A stretch of DNA of 64,000 nucleotides, taken from NCBI GenBank assembly GCA_964016885.1, contig OZ024759.1:1984001-2048000 (forward strand), in the 5' to 3' direction. Both the position numbers and the translations under genes were made by a program. This DNA comes from Eledone cirrhosa. Lineage: Eukaryota. Shown here in pieces: positions 45,480-62,313 of the stretch. Every line of letters begins with the position of its first letter. Position 1 is the first letter of the stretch. The notes below the pieces were generated by a model, which searched no databases, had not been told where the DNA came from, and was given only the letters and a program-made list of their open reading frames with translations.

Positions 45480-48400
45480 ATTAGTAACATGACACAGTCT
45501 ATATTAGTAACATGACGAAGTCTATATTAGTAACATGACACAGTCTATATTAGTAACATGACACAGTCTATATTAGTAACATGAAAAAGTCTATATTAGT
45601 AACATGACAAAGTCTATATTAGTAACATGACAAAGTCTATATTAGTAACATGACAAAGTCTATATTAGTAGCATGACACAGTCTATATTAGCAACATGAC
45701 AAAGTCTATATTAGTAACATGACACAGTCTATATTAGTAACATGACACAGTCTATATTAGTAACATGACACAGTCTATATTAGTAACATGACAAAGTCTA
45801 CATTAGTAACATGACAAAGTCTATATTAGTAACATGACAAGGTCTATATTAGTAACATGACACAGTCTATATTAGTAGCATGACACAGTCTATATTAGTA
45901 ACATGATACAGTCTATATTAGTAACATGACAAAGTCTATATTAGTAACATGACACAGTCTATATTAGTAACATGACAGTCTATATTAGTAACATGACAGT
46001 CTACATTAGTAACATGACACAGTCTATATTAGTAACATGACAAAGTCGATATTAGTAACATGACAATGTCTATATTAGTAACATGACAAAGTCTATATTA
46101 GTAACATGACACAGTCTATATTACTAACATGACACAGTCTATATTAGTAAAATGACAAAGTCTATATTAGTAACATGACAAAGTCTATATTAGTAACATG
46201 ACAAAGTCTATATTAGTAACATGACACAATCTATATTAGTAACATGACACAGTCTATATTAGTAGCATGACACAGTCTATATTAGTAACATGATACAGTC
46301 TATATTAGTAACATGACAAAGTCTATATTAGTAATATGACAAAGTCTATATTAGTAAAATGACAAAGTCTATATTAGTAGCATGACAAAGTCTTTATTAG
46401 TAACATGACACAGTCTATATTAGTAACATGACACAGTCTATATTAGTAACATGACAAAGTCTATATTAGTAACATGACAAAGTCTATATTAGTAACATGA
46501 CACAGTCTATATTAGTAACATGACACAGTCTATATTAGTAACATGACAAAGTCTATATTAGTAACATGACAAAGTCTATATTAGTAACATGACACAGTCT
46601 ATATTAGTAACATGACACAGTCTATATTAGTAACATGAGACAGTCTATATTAGTAGCATGACAAAGTCTATATTAGTAACATGACAGAGTCTACATTAGT
46701 AACATGACAAAGTCTATATTAGTAACATGATACAGTCTATATTAGTAACATGAGACAGTCTATATTAGTAACATGACAAAGTCTATATTAGTAACATGAC
46801 ACAGTCTATATTAGTAACATGACACAGTCTATATTAGTAACATGACAAAGTCTATATTAGTAACATGACAAAGTCTATATTAGTAACATGACAAAGTCTA
46901 TATTAGTAGCATGACACAGTCTATGTTAGCAACATGACAAAGTCTATATTAGTAACATGACACAGTCTATATTAGTAACATGACACAGTCTATATTAGTA
47001 ACATGACACAGTCTATATTATTAACATGACAAAGTCTATATTAGTAACATGACACAGTCTATATTAGTAACATGAGACAGTCTATATTAGTAACATGACA
47101 CAGTCTATATTAGTAACATGACACAGTCTATATTAGTAACATGACAAAGTCTATATTAGTTACATGACAAAGTCTATATTAGTAACATGACAAAGTCTAT
47201 ATTAGTAACATGACACAGTCTATATTAGTAACATGACGAAGTCTATATTAGTAACATGACACAGTCTATATTAGTAACATGACACAGTCTATATTAGTAA
47301 CATGAAAAAGTCTATATTAGTAACATGACAAAGTATATATTAGTAACATGACAAAGTCTATATTAGTAACATGACAAAGTCTATATTAGTAGCATGACAC
47401 AGTCTATATTAGCAACATGACAAAGTCTATATTAGTAACATGACACAGTCTATATTAGTAACATGACACAGTCTATATTAGTAACATGACACAGTCTATA
47501 TTAGGAACATGACAAAGTCTACATTAGTAACATGACAAAGTCTATATTAGTAACATGACAAGGTCTATATTAGTAACATGACACAGTCTATATTAGTAGC
47601 ATGACACAGTCTATATTAGTAACATGATACAGTCTATATTAGTAACATGACAAAGTCTATATTAGTAACATGACAAAGTCTATATTAGTAAAATGACAAA
47701 GTCTATATTAGTAACATGACAAAGTCTTTATTAGTAACATGACACAGTCTATATTAGTAACATGACACAGTCTATATTAGTAACATGACAAAGTCTATAT
47801 TAGTAGCATGACAAAGTCTATATTAGTAACATGACAAAGTCTATATTAGTAACATGACACAGTCTATATTAGTAACATGACAAAGTCTATATTAGTTACA
47901 TGACAAAGTCTATATTAGTAACATGACACAGTCTATATTAGTAACATGACGAAGTCTATATTAGTAACATGACACAGTCTATATTAGTAACATGACACAG
48001 TCTATATTAGTAACATGAAAAAGTCTATATTAGTAACATGACAAAGTCTATATTAGTAACATGACAAAGTCTATATTAGTAACATGACAAAGTCTATATT
48101 AGTAGCATGACACAGTCTATATTAGCAACATGACAAAGTCTATATTAGTAACATGACACAGTCTATATTAGTAACATGACACAGTCTATATTAGTAACAT
48201 GACACAGTCTATATTAGTAACATGACAAAGTCTACATTAGTAACATGACAAAGTCTATATTAGTAACATGACAAGGTCTATATTAGTAACATGACACAGT
48301 CTATATTAGTAGCATGACACAGTCTATATTAGTAACATGATACAGTCTATATTAGTAACATGACAAAGTCTATATTAGTAACATGACACAGTCTATATTA

Positions 48401-50710
48401 GTAACATGACAGTCTATATTAGTAACATGACAGTCTACATTAGTAACATGACACAGTCTATATTAGTAACATGACAAAGTCGATATTAGTAACATGACAA
48501 TGTCTATATTAGTAACATGACAAAGTCTATATTAGTAACATGACACAGTCTATATTACTAACATGACACAGTCTATATTAGTAACATGACAAAGTCTATA
48601 TTAGTAACATGACAAAGTCTATATTAGTAACATGACAAAGTCTATATTAGTAACATGACACAATCTATATTAGTAACATGACACAGTCTATATTAGTAGC
48701 ATGACACAGTCTATATTAGTAACATGATACAGTCTATATTAGTAACATGACAAAGTCTATATTAGTAATATGACAAAGTCTATATTAGTAAAATGACAAA
48801 GTCTATATTAGTAGCATGACAAAGTCTTTATTAGTAACATGACACAGTCTATATTAGTAACATGACACAGTCTATATTAGTAACATGACAAAGTCTATAT
48901 TAGTAACATGACAAAGTCTATATTAGTAACATGACACAGTCTATATTAGTAACATGACACAGTCTATATTAGTAACATGACAAAGTCTATATTAGTAACA
49001 TGACAAAGTCTATATTAGTAACATGACACAGTCTATATTAGTAACATGACACAGTCTATATTAGTAACATGAGACAGTCTATATTAGTAGCATGACAAAG
49101 TCTATATTAGTAACATGACAGAGTCTACATTAGTAACATGACAAAGTCTATATTAGTAACATGATACAGTCTATATTAGTAACATGAGACAGTCTATATT
49201 AGTAACATGACAAAGTCTATATTAGTAACATGACACAGTCTATATTAGTAACATGACACAGTCTATATTAGTAACATGACAAAGTCTATATTAGTAACAT
49301 GACAAAGTCTATATTAGTAACATGACAAAGTCTATATTAGTAGCATGACACAGTCTATGTTAGCAACATGACAAAGTCTATATTAGTAACATGACACAGT
49401 CTATATTAGTAACATGACACAGTCTATATTAGTAACATGACACAGTCTATATTATTAACATGACAAAGTCTATATTAGTAACATGACACAGTCTATATTA
49501 GTAACATGAGACAGTCTATATTAGTAACATGACACAGTCTATATTAGTAACATGACACAGTCTATATTAGTAACATGACAAAGTCTATATTAGTTACATG
49601 ACAAAGTCTATATTAGTAACATGACAAAGTCTATATTAGTAACATGACACAGTCTATATTAGTAACATGACGAAGTCTATATTAGTAACATGACACAGTC
49701 TATATTAGTAACATGACACAGTCTATATTAGTAACATGAAAAAGTCTATATTAGTAACATGACAAAGTATATATTAGTAACATGACAAAGTCTATATTAG
49801 TAACATGACAAAGTCTATATTAGTAGCATGACACAGTCTATATTAGCAACATGACAAAGTCTATATTAGTAACATGACACAGTCTATATTAGTAACATGA
49901 CACAGTCTATATTAGTAACATGACACAGTCTATATTAGGAACATGACAAAGTCTACATTAGTAACATGACAAAGTCTATATTAGTAACATGACAAGGTCT
50001 ATATTAGTAACATGACACAGTCTATATTAGTAGCATGACACAGTCTATATTAGTAACATGATACAGTCTATATTAGTAACATGACAAAGTCTATATTAGT
50101 AACATGACAAAGTCTATATTAGTAAAATGACAAAGTCTATATTAGTAACATGACAAAGTCTTTATTAGTAACATGACACAGTCTATATTAGTAACATGAC
50201 ACAGTCTATATTAGTAACATGACAAAGTCTATATTAGTAGCATGACAAAGTCTATATTAGTAACATGACAAAGTCTATATTAGTAACATGACACAGTCTA
50301 TATTAGTAACATGACAAAGTCTATATTAGTTACATGACAAAGTCTATATTAGTAACATGACACAGTCTATATTAGTAACATGACGAAGTCTATATTAGTA
50401 ACATGACACAGTCTATATTAGTAACATGACACAGTCTATATTAGTAACATGAAAAAGTCTATATTAGTAACATGACAAAGTCTATATTAGTAACATGACA
50501 AAGTCTATATTAGTAACATGACAAAGTCTATATTAGTAGCATGACACAGTCTATATTAGCAACATGACAAAGTCTATATTAGTAACATGACACAGTCTAT
50601 ATTAGTAACATGACACAGTCTATATTAGTAACATGACACAGTCTATATTAGTAACATGACAAAGTCTACATTAGTAACATGACAAAGTCTATATTAGTAA
50701 CATGACAAGG
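45480..50710 (+). repeat. Tandem duplication with period 2434 bp (106 monomers)
   Basis: TTAGGAAC variant base at 47505 and 49939 only. GACGAAG at 45514, 47948 and 50382. 2434 = 106x23-4. Confidence 0.83.
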
Positions 50711-51644
50711 TCTGTATTAGTAACATGACACAGTCTATATTAGTAGCATGACACAGTCTATATTAGTAACATGATACAGTCTATATTAGTAACATGACAA
50801 AGTCTATATTAGTAACATGACAAAGTCTATATTAGTAAAATGACAAAGTCTATATTAGTAACATGACAAAGTCTTTATTAGTAACATGACAAAGTCTATA
50901 TTAGTAAAATGACAAAGTCTATATTAGTAACATGACAAAGTCTTTATTAGTAACATGACACAGTCTATATTAGTAACATGACACAGTCTATATTAGTAAC
51001 ATGACAAAGTCTATATTAGTAACATGACAAAGTCTATATTAGTAACATGACAAAGTCTATATTAGTAACATGACACAGTCTATATTAGTAACATGACACA
51101 GTCTATATTAGTAGCATGACACAGTCTATATTAGTAACATGATACAGTCTATATTAGTAACATGACAAAGTCTATATTAGTAATATGACAAAGTCTATAT
51201 TAGTAAAATGACAAAGTCTATATTAGTAGCATGACAAAGTCTTTATTAGTAACATGACACAGTCTATATTAGTAACATGACACAGTCTATATTAGTAACA
51301 TGACAAAGTCTATATTAGTAACATGACAAAGTCTATATTAGTAACATGACACAGTCTATATTAGTAACATGACACAGTCTATATTAGTAACATGACAAAG
51401 TCTATATTAGTAACATGACAAAGTCTTTATTAGTAACATGACACAGTCTATATTAGTAACATGACACAGTCTATATTAGTAACATGACAAAGTCTATATT
51501 AGTAACATGACAAAGTCTATATTAGTAACATGACAAAGTCTATATTAGTAACATGACACAGTCTATATTAGTAGCATGACACAGTCTATATTAGTAACAT
51601 GATACAGTCTATATTAGTAACATGACAAAGTCTATATTAGTAAT

Positions 51645-54600
51645 ATGACAAAGTCTATATTAGTAAAATGACAAAGTCTATATTAGTAGCATGACAAAGT
51701 CTTTATTAGTAACATGACACAGTCTATATTAGTAACATGACACAGTCTATATTAGTAACATGACAAAGTCTATATTAGTAACATGACAAAGTCTATATTA
51801 GTAACATGACACAGTCTATATTAGTAACATGACACAGTCTATATTAGTAACATGACAAAGTCTATATTAGTAACATGACAAAGTCTATATTAGTAACATG
51901 ACACAGTCTATATTAGTAACATGACACAGTCTATATTAGTAACATGAGACAGTCTATATTAGTAGCATGACAAAGTCTATATTAGTAACATGACACAGTC
52001 TACATTAGTAACATGACAAAGTCTATATTAGTAACATGACACAGTCTATATTAGTAACATGAGACAGTCTATATTAGTAACATGACACAGTCTATATTAA
52101 TAACATGACACAGTCTATATTAGTAACATGACAAAGTCTATATTAGTAACATGACAAAGTCTATATTAGTAACATGACAAAGTCTATATTAGTAACATGA
52201 CAAAGTCTATATTAGTAACATGACACAGTCTATGTTAGCAACATGACAAAGTCTATATTAGTAACATGACACAGTCTATATTAGTAACATGACACAGTCT
52301 ATATTAGTAACATGACACAGTCTATATTATTAACATGACAAAGTCTATATTAGTAACATGACACAGTCTATATTAGTAACATGAGACAGTCTATATTAGT
52401 AACATGACTAAGTCTATATTAGTAACATGACACAGTCTATATTAGTAACATGACACAGTCTATATTAGTAACATGACAAAGTCTATATTAGTTACATGAC
52501 AAAGTCTATATTAGTAACATGACAAAGTCTATATTAGTAACATGACACAGTCTATATTAGTAACATGACGAAGTCTATATTAGTAACATGACACAGTCTA
52601 TATTAGTAACATGACACAGTCTATATTAGTAACATGAAAAAGTCTATATTAGTAACATGACAAAGTATATATTAGTAACATGACAAAGTCTATATTAGTA
52701 ACATGACAAAGTCTATATTAGTAGCATGACACAGTCTATATTAGCAACATGACAAAGTCTATATTAGTAACATGACACAGTCTATATTAGTAACATGACA
52801 CAGTCTATATTAGTAACATGACACAGTCTATATTAGTAACATGACAAAGTCTACATTAGTAACATGACAAAGTCTATATTAGTAACATGACAAGGTCTAT
52901 ATTAGTAACATGACACAGGCTATATTAGTAGCATGACACAGTCTATATTAGTAACATGATACAGTCTATATTAGTAACATGACAAAGTCTATATTAGTAA
53001 CATGACAAAGTCTATATTAGTAAAATGACAAAGTCTATATTAGTAACATGACAAAGTCTTTATTAGTAACATGACACAGTCTATATTAGTAACATGACAC
53101 AGTCTATATTAGTAACATGACAAAGTCTATATTAGTAGCATGACAAAGTCTATATTAGTAACATGACAAAGTCTATATTAGTAACATGACACAGTCTATA
53201 TTAGTAACATGACAAAGTCTATATTAGTTACATGACAAGGTCGATATTAGTAACATGACACAGTCTATATTAGTAACATGACGAAGTCTATATTAGTAAC
53301 ATGACACAGTCTATATTAGTAACATGACACAGTCTATATTAGTAACATGAAAAAGTCTATATTAGTAACATGACAAAGTCTATATTAGTAACATGACAAA
53401 GTCTATATTAGTAACATGACAAAGTCTATATTAGTAGCATGACACAGTCTATATTAGCAACATGACAAAGTCTATATTAGTAACATGACACAGTCTATAT
53501 TAGTAACATGACACAGTCTATATTAGTAACATGACACAGTCTATATTAGTAACATGACAAAGTCTACATTAGTAACATGACAAAGTCTATATTAGTAACA
53601 TGACAAGGTCTGTATTAGTAACATGACACAGTCTATATTAGTAGCATGACACAGTCTATATTAGTAACATGATACAGTCTATATTAGTAACATGACAAAG
53701 TCTATATTAGTAACATGACAAAGTCTATATTAGTAAAATGACAAAGTCTATATTAGTAACATGACAAAGTCTTTATTAGTAACATGACAAAGTCTATATT
53801 AGTAAAATGACAAAGTCTATATTAGTAACATGACAAAGTCTTTATTAGTAACATGACACAGTCTATATTAGTAACATGACACAGTCTATATTAGTAACAT
53901 GACAAAGTCTATATTAGTAACATGACACAGTCTATATTAGTAACATGACACAGTCTATATTAGTAACATGACACAGTCTATATTATTAACATGACAAAGT
54001 CTATATTAGTAACATGACACAGTCTATATTAGTAACATGAGACAGTCTATATTAGTAACATGACTAAGTCTATATTAGTAACATGACACAGTCTATATTA
54101 GTAACATGACACAGTCTATATTAGTAACATGACAAAGTCTATATTAGTTACATGACAAAGTCTATATTAGTAACATGACAAAGTCTATATTAGTAACATG
54201 ACACAGTCTATATTAGTAACATGACGAAGTCTATATTAGTAACATGACACAGTCTATATTAGTAACATGACACAGTCTATATTAGTAACATGAAAAAGTC
54301 TATATTAGTAACATGACAAAGTCTATATTAGTAACATGACAAAGTCTATATTAGTAACATGACAAAGTCTATATTAGTAGCATGACACAGTCTATATTAG
54401 CAACATGACAAAGTCTATATTAGTAACATGACACAGTCTATATTAGTAACATGACACAGTCTATATTAGTAACATGACACAGTCTATATTAGTAACATGA
54501 CAAAGTCTACATTAGTAACATGACAAAGTCTATATTAGTAACATGACAAGGTCTATATTAGTAACATGACACAGTCTATATTAGTAGCATGACACAGTCT

Positions 54601-57600
54601 ATATTAGTAACATGATACAGTCTATATTAGTAACATGACAAAGTCTATATTAGTAACATGACACAGTCTATATTAGTAACATGACAGTCTATATTAGTAA
54701 CATGACAGTCTACATTAGTAACATGACACAGTCTATATTAGTAACATGACAAAGTCGATATTAGTAACATGACAATGTCTATATTAGTAACATGACAAAG
54801 TCTATATTAGTAACATGACACAGTCTATATTACTAACATGACACAGTCTATATTAGTAACATGACAAAGTCTATATTAGTAACATGACAAAGTCTATATT
54901 AGTAACATGACAAAGTCTATATTAGTAACATGACACAATCTATATTAGTAACATGACACAGTCTATATTAGTAGCATGACACAGTCTATATTAGTAACAT
55001 GATACAGTCTATATTAGTAACATGACAAAGTCTATATTAGTAATATGACAAAGTCTATATTAGTAAAATGACAAAGTCTATATTAGTAGCATGACAAAGT
55101 CTTTATTAGTAACATGACACAGTCTATATTAGTAACATGACACAGTCTATATTAGTAACATGACAAAGTCTATATTAGTAACATGACAAAGTCTATATTA
55201 GTAACATGACACAGTCTATATTAGTAACATGACACAGTCTATATTAGTAACATGACAAAGTCTATATTAGTAACATGACAAAGTCTATATTAGTAACATG
55301 ACACAGTCTATATTAGTAACATGACACAGTCTATATTAGTAACATGAGACAGTCTATATTAGTAGCATGACAAAGTCTATATTAGTAACATGACAGAGTC
55401 TACATTAGTAACATGACAAAGTCTATATTAGTAACATGACACAGTCTATATTAGTAACATGAGACAGTCTATATTAGTAACATGACAAAGTCTATATTAG
55501 TAACATGACACAGTCTATATTAGTAACATGACACAGTCTATATTAGTAACATGACAAAGTCTATATTAGTAACATGACAAAGTCTATATTAGTAACATGA
55601 CAAAGTCTATATTAGTAGCATGACACAGTCTATGTTAGCAACATGACAAAGTCTATATTAGTAACATGACACAGTCTATATTAGTAACATGACACAGTCT
55701 ATATTAGTAACATGACACAGTCTATATTATTAACATGACAAAGTCTATATTAGTAACATGACACAGTCTATATTAGTAACATGAGACAGTCTATATTAGT
55801 AACATGACACAGTCTATATTAGTAACATGACACAGTCTATATTAGTAACATGACAAAGTCTATATTAGTTACATGACAAAGTCTATATTAGTAACATGAC
55901 AAAGTCTATATTAGTAACATGACACAGTCTATATTAGTAACATGACGAAGTCTATATTAGTAACATGACACAGTCTATATTAGTAACATGACACAGTCTA
56001 TATTAGTAACATGAAAAAGTCTATATTAGTAACATGACAAAGTATATATTAGTAACATGACAAAGTCTATATTAGTAACATGACAAAGTCTATATTAGTA
56101 GCATGACACAGTCTATATTAGCAACATGACAAAGTCTATATTAGTAACATGACACAGTCTATATTAGTAACATGACACAGTCTATATTAGTAACATGACA
56201 CAGTCTATATTAGTAACATGACAAAGTCTACATTAGTAACATGACAAAGTCTATATTAGTAACATGACAAGGTCTATATTAGTAACATGACACAGGCTAT
56301 ATTAGTAGCATGACACAGTCTATATTAGTAACATGATACAGTCTATATTAGTAACATGACAAAGTCTATATTAGTAACATGACAAAGTCTATATTAGTAA
56401 AATGACAAAGTCTATATTAGTAACATGACAAAGTCTTTATTAGTAACATGACACAGTCTATATTAGTAACATGACACAGTCTATATTAGTAACATGACAA
56501 AGTCTATATTAGTAGCATGACAAAGTCTATATTAGTAACATGACAAAGTCTATATTAGTAACATGACACAGTCTATATTAGTAACATGACAAAGTCTATA
56601 TTAGTTACATGACAAGGTCGATATTAGTAACATGACACAGTCTATATTAGTAACATGACGAAGTCTATATTAGTAACATGACACAGTCTATATTAGTAAC
56701 ATGACACAGTCTATATTAGTAACATGAAAAAGTCTATATTAGTAACATGACAAAGTCTATATTAGTAACATGACAAAGTCTATATTAGTAACATGACAAA
56801 GTCTATATTAGTAGCATGACACAGTCTATATTAGCAACATGACAAAGTCTATATTAGTAACATGACACAGTCTATATTAGTAACATGACACAGTCTATAT
56901 TAGTAACATGACACAGTCTATATTAGTAACATGACAAAGTCTACATTAGTAACATGACAAAGTCTATATTAGTAACATGACAAAGTCTATATTAGTAAAA
57001 TGACAAAGTCTATATTAGTAGCATGACAAAGTCTTTATTAGTAACATGACACAGTCTATATTAGTAACATGACACAGTCTATATTAGTAACATGACAAAG
57101 TCTATATTAGTAACATGACAAAGTCTATATTAGTAACATGACACAGTCTATATTAGTAACATGACACAGTCTATATTAGTAACATGACAAAGTCTATATT
57201 AGTAACATGACAAAGTCTATATTAGTAACATGACACAGTCTATATTAGTAACATGACACAGTCTATATTAGTAACATGAGACAGTCTATATTAGTAGCAT
57301 GACAAAGTCTATATTAGTAACATGACACAGTCTACATTAGTAACATGACAAAGTCTATATTAGTAACATGACACAGTCTATATTAGTAACATGAGACAGT
57401 CTATATTAGTAACATGACACAGTCTATATTAATAACATGACACAGTCTATATTAGTAACATGACAAAGTCTATATTAGTAACATGACAAAGTCTATATTA
57501 GTAACATGACAAAGTCTATATTAGTAACATGACAAAGTCTATATTAGTAACATGACACAGTCTATGTTAGCAACATGACAAAGTCTATATTAGTAACATG

Positions 57601-60600
57601 ACACAGTCTATATTAGTAACATGACACAGTCTATATTAGTAACATGACACAGTCTATATTATTAACATGACAAAGTCTATATTAGTAACATGACACAGTC
57701 TATATTAGTAACATGAGACAGTCTATATTAGTAACATGACTAAGTCTATATTAGTAACATGACACAGTCTATATTAGTAACATGACACAGTCTATATTAG
57801 TAACATGACAAAGTCTATATTAGTTACATGACAAAGTCTATATTAGTAACATGACAAAGTCTATATTAGTAACATGACACAGTCTATATTAGTAACATGA
57901 CGAAGTCTATATTAGTAACATGACACAGTCTATATTAGTAACATGACACAGTCTATATTAGTAACATGAAAAAGTCTATATTAGTAACATGACAAAGTAT
58001 ATATTAGTAACATGACAAAGTCTATATTAGTAACATGACAAAGTCTATATTAGTAGCATGACACAGTCTATATTAGCAACATGACAAAGTCTATATTAGT
58101 AACATGACACAGTCTATATTAGTAACATGACACAGTCTATATTAGTAACATGACACAGTCTATATTAGTAACATGACAAAGTCTACATTAGTAACATGAC
58201 AAAGTCTATATTAGTAACATGACAAGGTCTATATTAGTAACATGACACAGGCTATATTAGTAGCATGACACAGTCTATATTAGTAACATGATACAGTCTA
58301 TATTAGTAACATGACAAAGTCTATATTAGTAACATGACAAAGTCTATATTAGTAAAATGACAAAGTCTATATTAGTAACATGACAAAGTCTTTATTAGTA
58401 ACATGACACAGTCTATATTAGTAACATGACACAGTCTATATTAGTAACATGACAAAGTCTATATTAGTAGCATGACAAAGTCTATATTAGTAACATGACA
58501 AAGTCTATATTAGTAACATGACACAGTCTATATTAGTAACATGACAAAGTCTATATTAGTTACATGACAAGGTCGATATTAGTAACATGACACAGTCTAT
58601 ATTAGTAACATGACGAAGTCTATATTAGTAACATGACACAGTCTATATTAGTAACATGACACAGTCTATATTAGTAACATGAAAAAGTCTATATTAGTAA
58701 CATGACAAAGTCTATATTAGTAACATGACAAAGTCTATATTAGTAACATGACAAAGTCTATATTAGTAGCATGACACAGTCTATATTAGCAACATGACAA
58801 AGTCTATATTAGTAACATGACACAGTCTATATTAGTAACATGACACAGTCTATATTAGTAACATGACACAGTCTATATTAGTAACATGACAAAGTCTACA
58901 TTAGTAACATGACAAAGTCTATATTAGTAACATGACAAGGTCTGTATTAGTAACATGACACAGTCTATATTAGTAGCATGACACAGTCTATATTAGTAAC
59001 ATGATACAGTCTATATTAGTAACATGACAAAGTCTATATTAGTAACATGACAAAGTCTATATTAGTAAAATGACAAAGTCTATATTAGTAACATGACAAA
59101 GTCTTTATTAGTAACATGACAAAGTCTATATTAGTAAAATGACAAAGTCTATATTAGTAACATGACAAAGTCTTTATTAGTAACATGACACAGTCTATAT
59201 TAGTAACATGACACAGTCTATATTAGTAACATGACAAAGTCTATATTAGTAACATGACACAGTCTATATTAGTAACATGACACAGTCTATATTAGTAACA
59301 TGACACAGTCTATATTATTAACATGACAAAGTCTATATTAGTAACATGACACAGTCTATATTAGTAACATGAGACAGTCTATATTAGTAACATGACTAAG
59401 TCTATATTAGTAACATGACACAGTCTATATTAGTAACATGACACAGTCTATATTAGTAACATGACAAAGTCTATATTAGTTACATGACAAAGTCTATATT
59501 AGTAACATGACAAAGTCTATATTAGTAACATGACACAGTCTATATTAGTAACATGACGAAGTCTATATTAGTAACATGACACAGTCTATATTAGTAACAT
59601 GACACAGTCTATATTAGTAACATGAAAAAGTCTATATTAGTAACATGACAAAGTCTATATTAGTAACATGACAAAGTCTATATTAGTAACATGACAAAGT
59701 CTATATTAGTAGCATGACACAGTCTATATTAGCAACATGACAAAGTCTATATTAGTAACATGACACAGTCTATATTAGTAACATGACACAGTCTATATTA
59801 GTAACATGACACAGTCTATATTAGTAACATGACAAAGTCTACATTAGTAACATGACAAAGTCTATATTAGTAACATGACAAGGTCTATATTAGTAACATG
59901 ACACAGTCTATATTAGTAGCATGACACAGTCTATATTAGTAACATGATACAGTCTATATTAGTAACATGACAAAGTCTATATTAGTAACATGACACAGTC
60001 TATATTAGTAACATGACAGTCTATATTAGTAACATGACAGTCTACATTAGTAACATGACACAGTCTATATTAGTAACATGACAAAGTCGATATTAGTAAC
60101 ATGACAATGTCTATATTAGTAACATGACAAAGTCTATATTAGTAACATGACACAGTCTATATTACTAACATGACACAGTCTATATTAGTAACATGACAAA
60201 GTCTATATTAGTAACATGACAAAGTCTATATTAGTAACATGACAAAGTCTATATTAGTAACATGACACAATCTATATTAGTAACATGACACAGTCTATAT
60301 TAGTAGCATGACACAGTCTATATTAGTAACATGATACAGTCTATATTAGTAACATGACAAAGTCTATATTAGTAATATGACAAAGTCTATATTAGTAAAA
60401 TGACAAAGTCTATATTAGTAGCATGACAAAGTCTTTATTAGTAACATGACACAGTCTATATTAGTAACATGACACAGTCTATATTAGTAACATGACAAAG
60501 TCTATATTAGTAACATGACAAAGTCTATATTAGTAACATGACACAGTCTATATTAGTAACATGACACAGTCTATATTAGTAACATGACAAAGTCTATATT

Positions 60601-62313
60601 AGTAACATGACAAAGTCTATATTAGTAACATGACACAGTCTATATTAGTAACATGACACAGTCTATATTAGTAACATGAGACAGTCTATATTAGTAGCAT
60701 GACAAAGTCTATATTAGTAACATGACAGAGTCTACATTAGTAACATGACAAAGTCTATATTAGTAACATGACACAGTCTATATTAGTAACATGAGACAGT
60801 CTATATTAGTAACATGACAAAGTCTATATTAGTAACATGACACAGTCTATATTAGTAACATGACACAGTCTATATTAGTAACATGACAAAGTCTATATTA
60901 GTAACATGACAAAGTCTATATTAGTAACATGACAAAGTCTATATTAGTAGCATGACACAGTCTATGTTAGCAACATGACAAAGTCTATATTAGTAACATG
61001 ACACAGTCTATATTAGTAACATGACACAGTCTATATTAGTAACATGACACAGTCTATATTATTAACATGACAAAGTCTATATTAGTAACATGACACAGTC
61101 TATATTAGTAACATGAGACAGTCTATATTAGTAACATGACACAGTCTATATTAGTAACATGACACAGTCTATATTAGTAACATGACAAAGTCTATATTAG
61201 TTACATGACAAAGTCTATATTAGTAACATGACAAAGTCTATATTAGTAACATGACACAGTCTATATTAGTAACATGACGAAGTCTATATTAGTAACATGA
61301 CACAGTCTATATTAGTAACATGACACAGTCTATATTAGTAACATGAAAAAGTCTATATTAGTAACATGACAAAGTATATATTAGTAACATGACAAAGTCT
61401 ATATTAGTAACATGACAAAGTCTATATTAGTAGCATGACACAGTCTATATTAGCAACATGACAAAGTCTATATTAGTAACATGACACAGTCTATATTAGT
61501 AACATGACACAGTCTATATTAGTAACATGACACAGTCTATATTAGTAACATGACAAAGTCTACATTAGTAACATGACAAAGTCTATATTAGTAACATGAC
61601 AAGGTCTATATTAGTAACATGACACAGGCTATATTAGTAGCATGACACAGTCTATATTAGTAACATGATACAGTCTATATTAGTAACATGACAAAGTCTA
61701 TATTAGTAACATGACAAAGTCTATATTAGTAAAATGACAAAGTCTATATTAGTAACATGACAAAGTCTTTATTAGTAACATGACACAGTCTATATTAGTA
61801 ACATGACACAGTCTATATTAGTAACATGACAAAGTCTATATTAGTAGCATGACAAAGTCTATATTAGTAACATGACAAAGTCTATATTAGTAACATGACA
61901 CAGTCTATATTAGTAACATGACAAAGTCTATATTAGTTACATGACAAGGTCGATATTAGTAACATGACACAGTCTATATTAGTAACATGACGAAGTCTAT
62001 ATTAGTAACATGACACAGTCTATATTAGTAACATGACACAGTCTATATTAGTAACATGAAAAAGTCTATATTAGTAACATGACAAAGTCTATATTAGTAA
62101 CATGACAAAGTCTATATTAGTAACATGACAAAGTCTATATTAGTAGCATGACACAGTCTATATTAGCAACATGACAAAGTCTATATTAGTAACATGACAC
62201 AGTCTATATTAGTAACATGACACAGTCTATATTAGTAACATGACACAGTCTATATTAGTAACATGACAAAGTCTACATTAGTAACATGACAAAGTCTATA
62301 TTAGTAACATGAC
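51645..62313 (+). repeat. Tandem duplication with period 5332 bp (232 monomers), the largest seen in the window
   Basis: CACAGGCTA variant base at 52919/58251 and 56296/61628. GTAAAAT at about 51665/56997. 5332 = 232x23-4. Confidence 0.85.
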
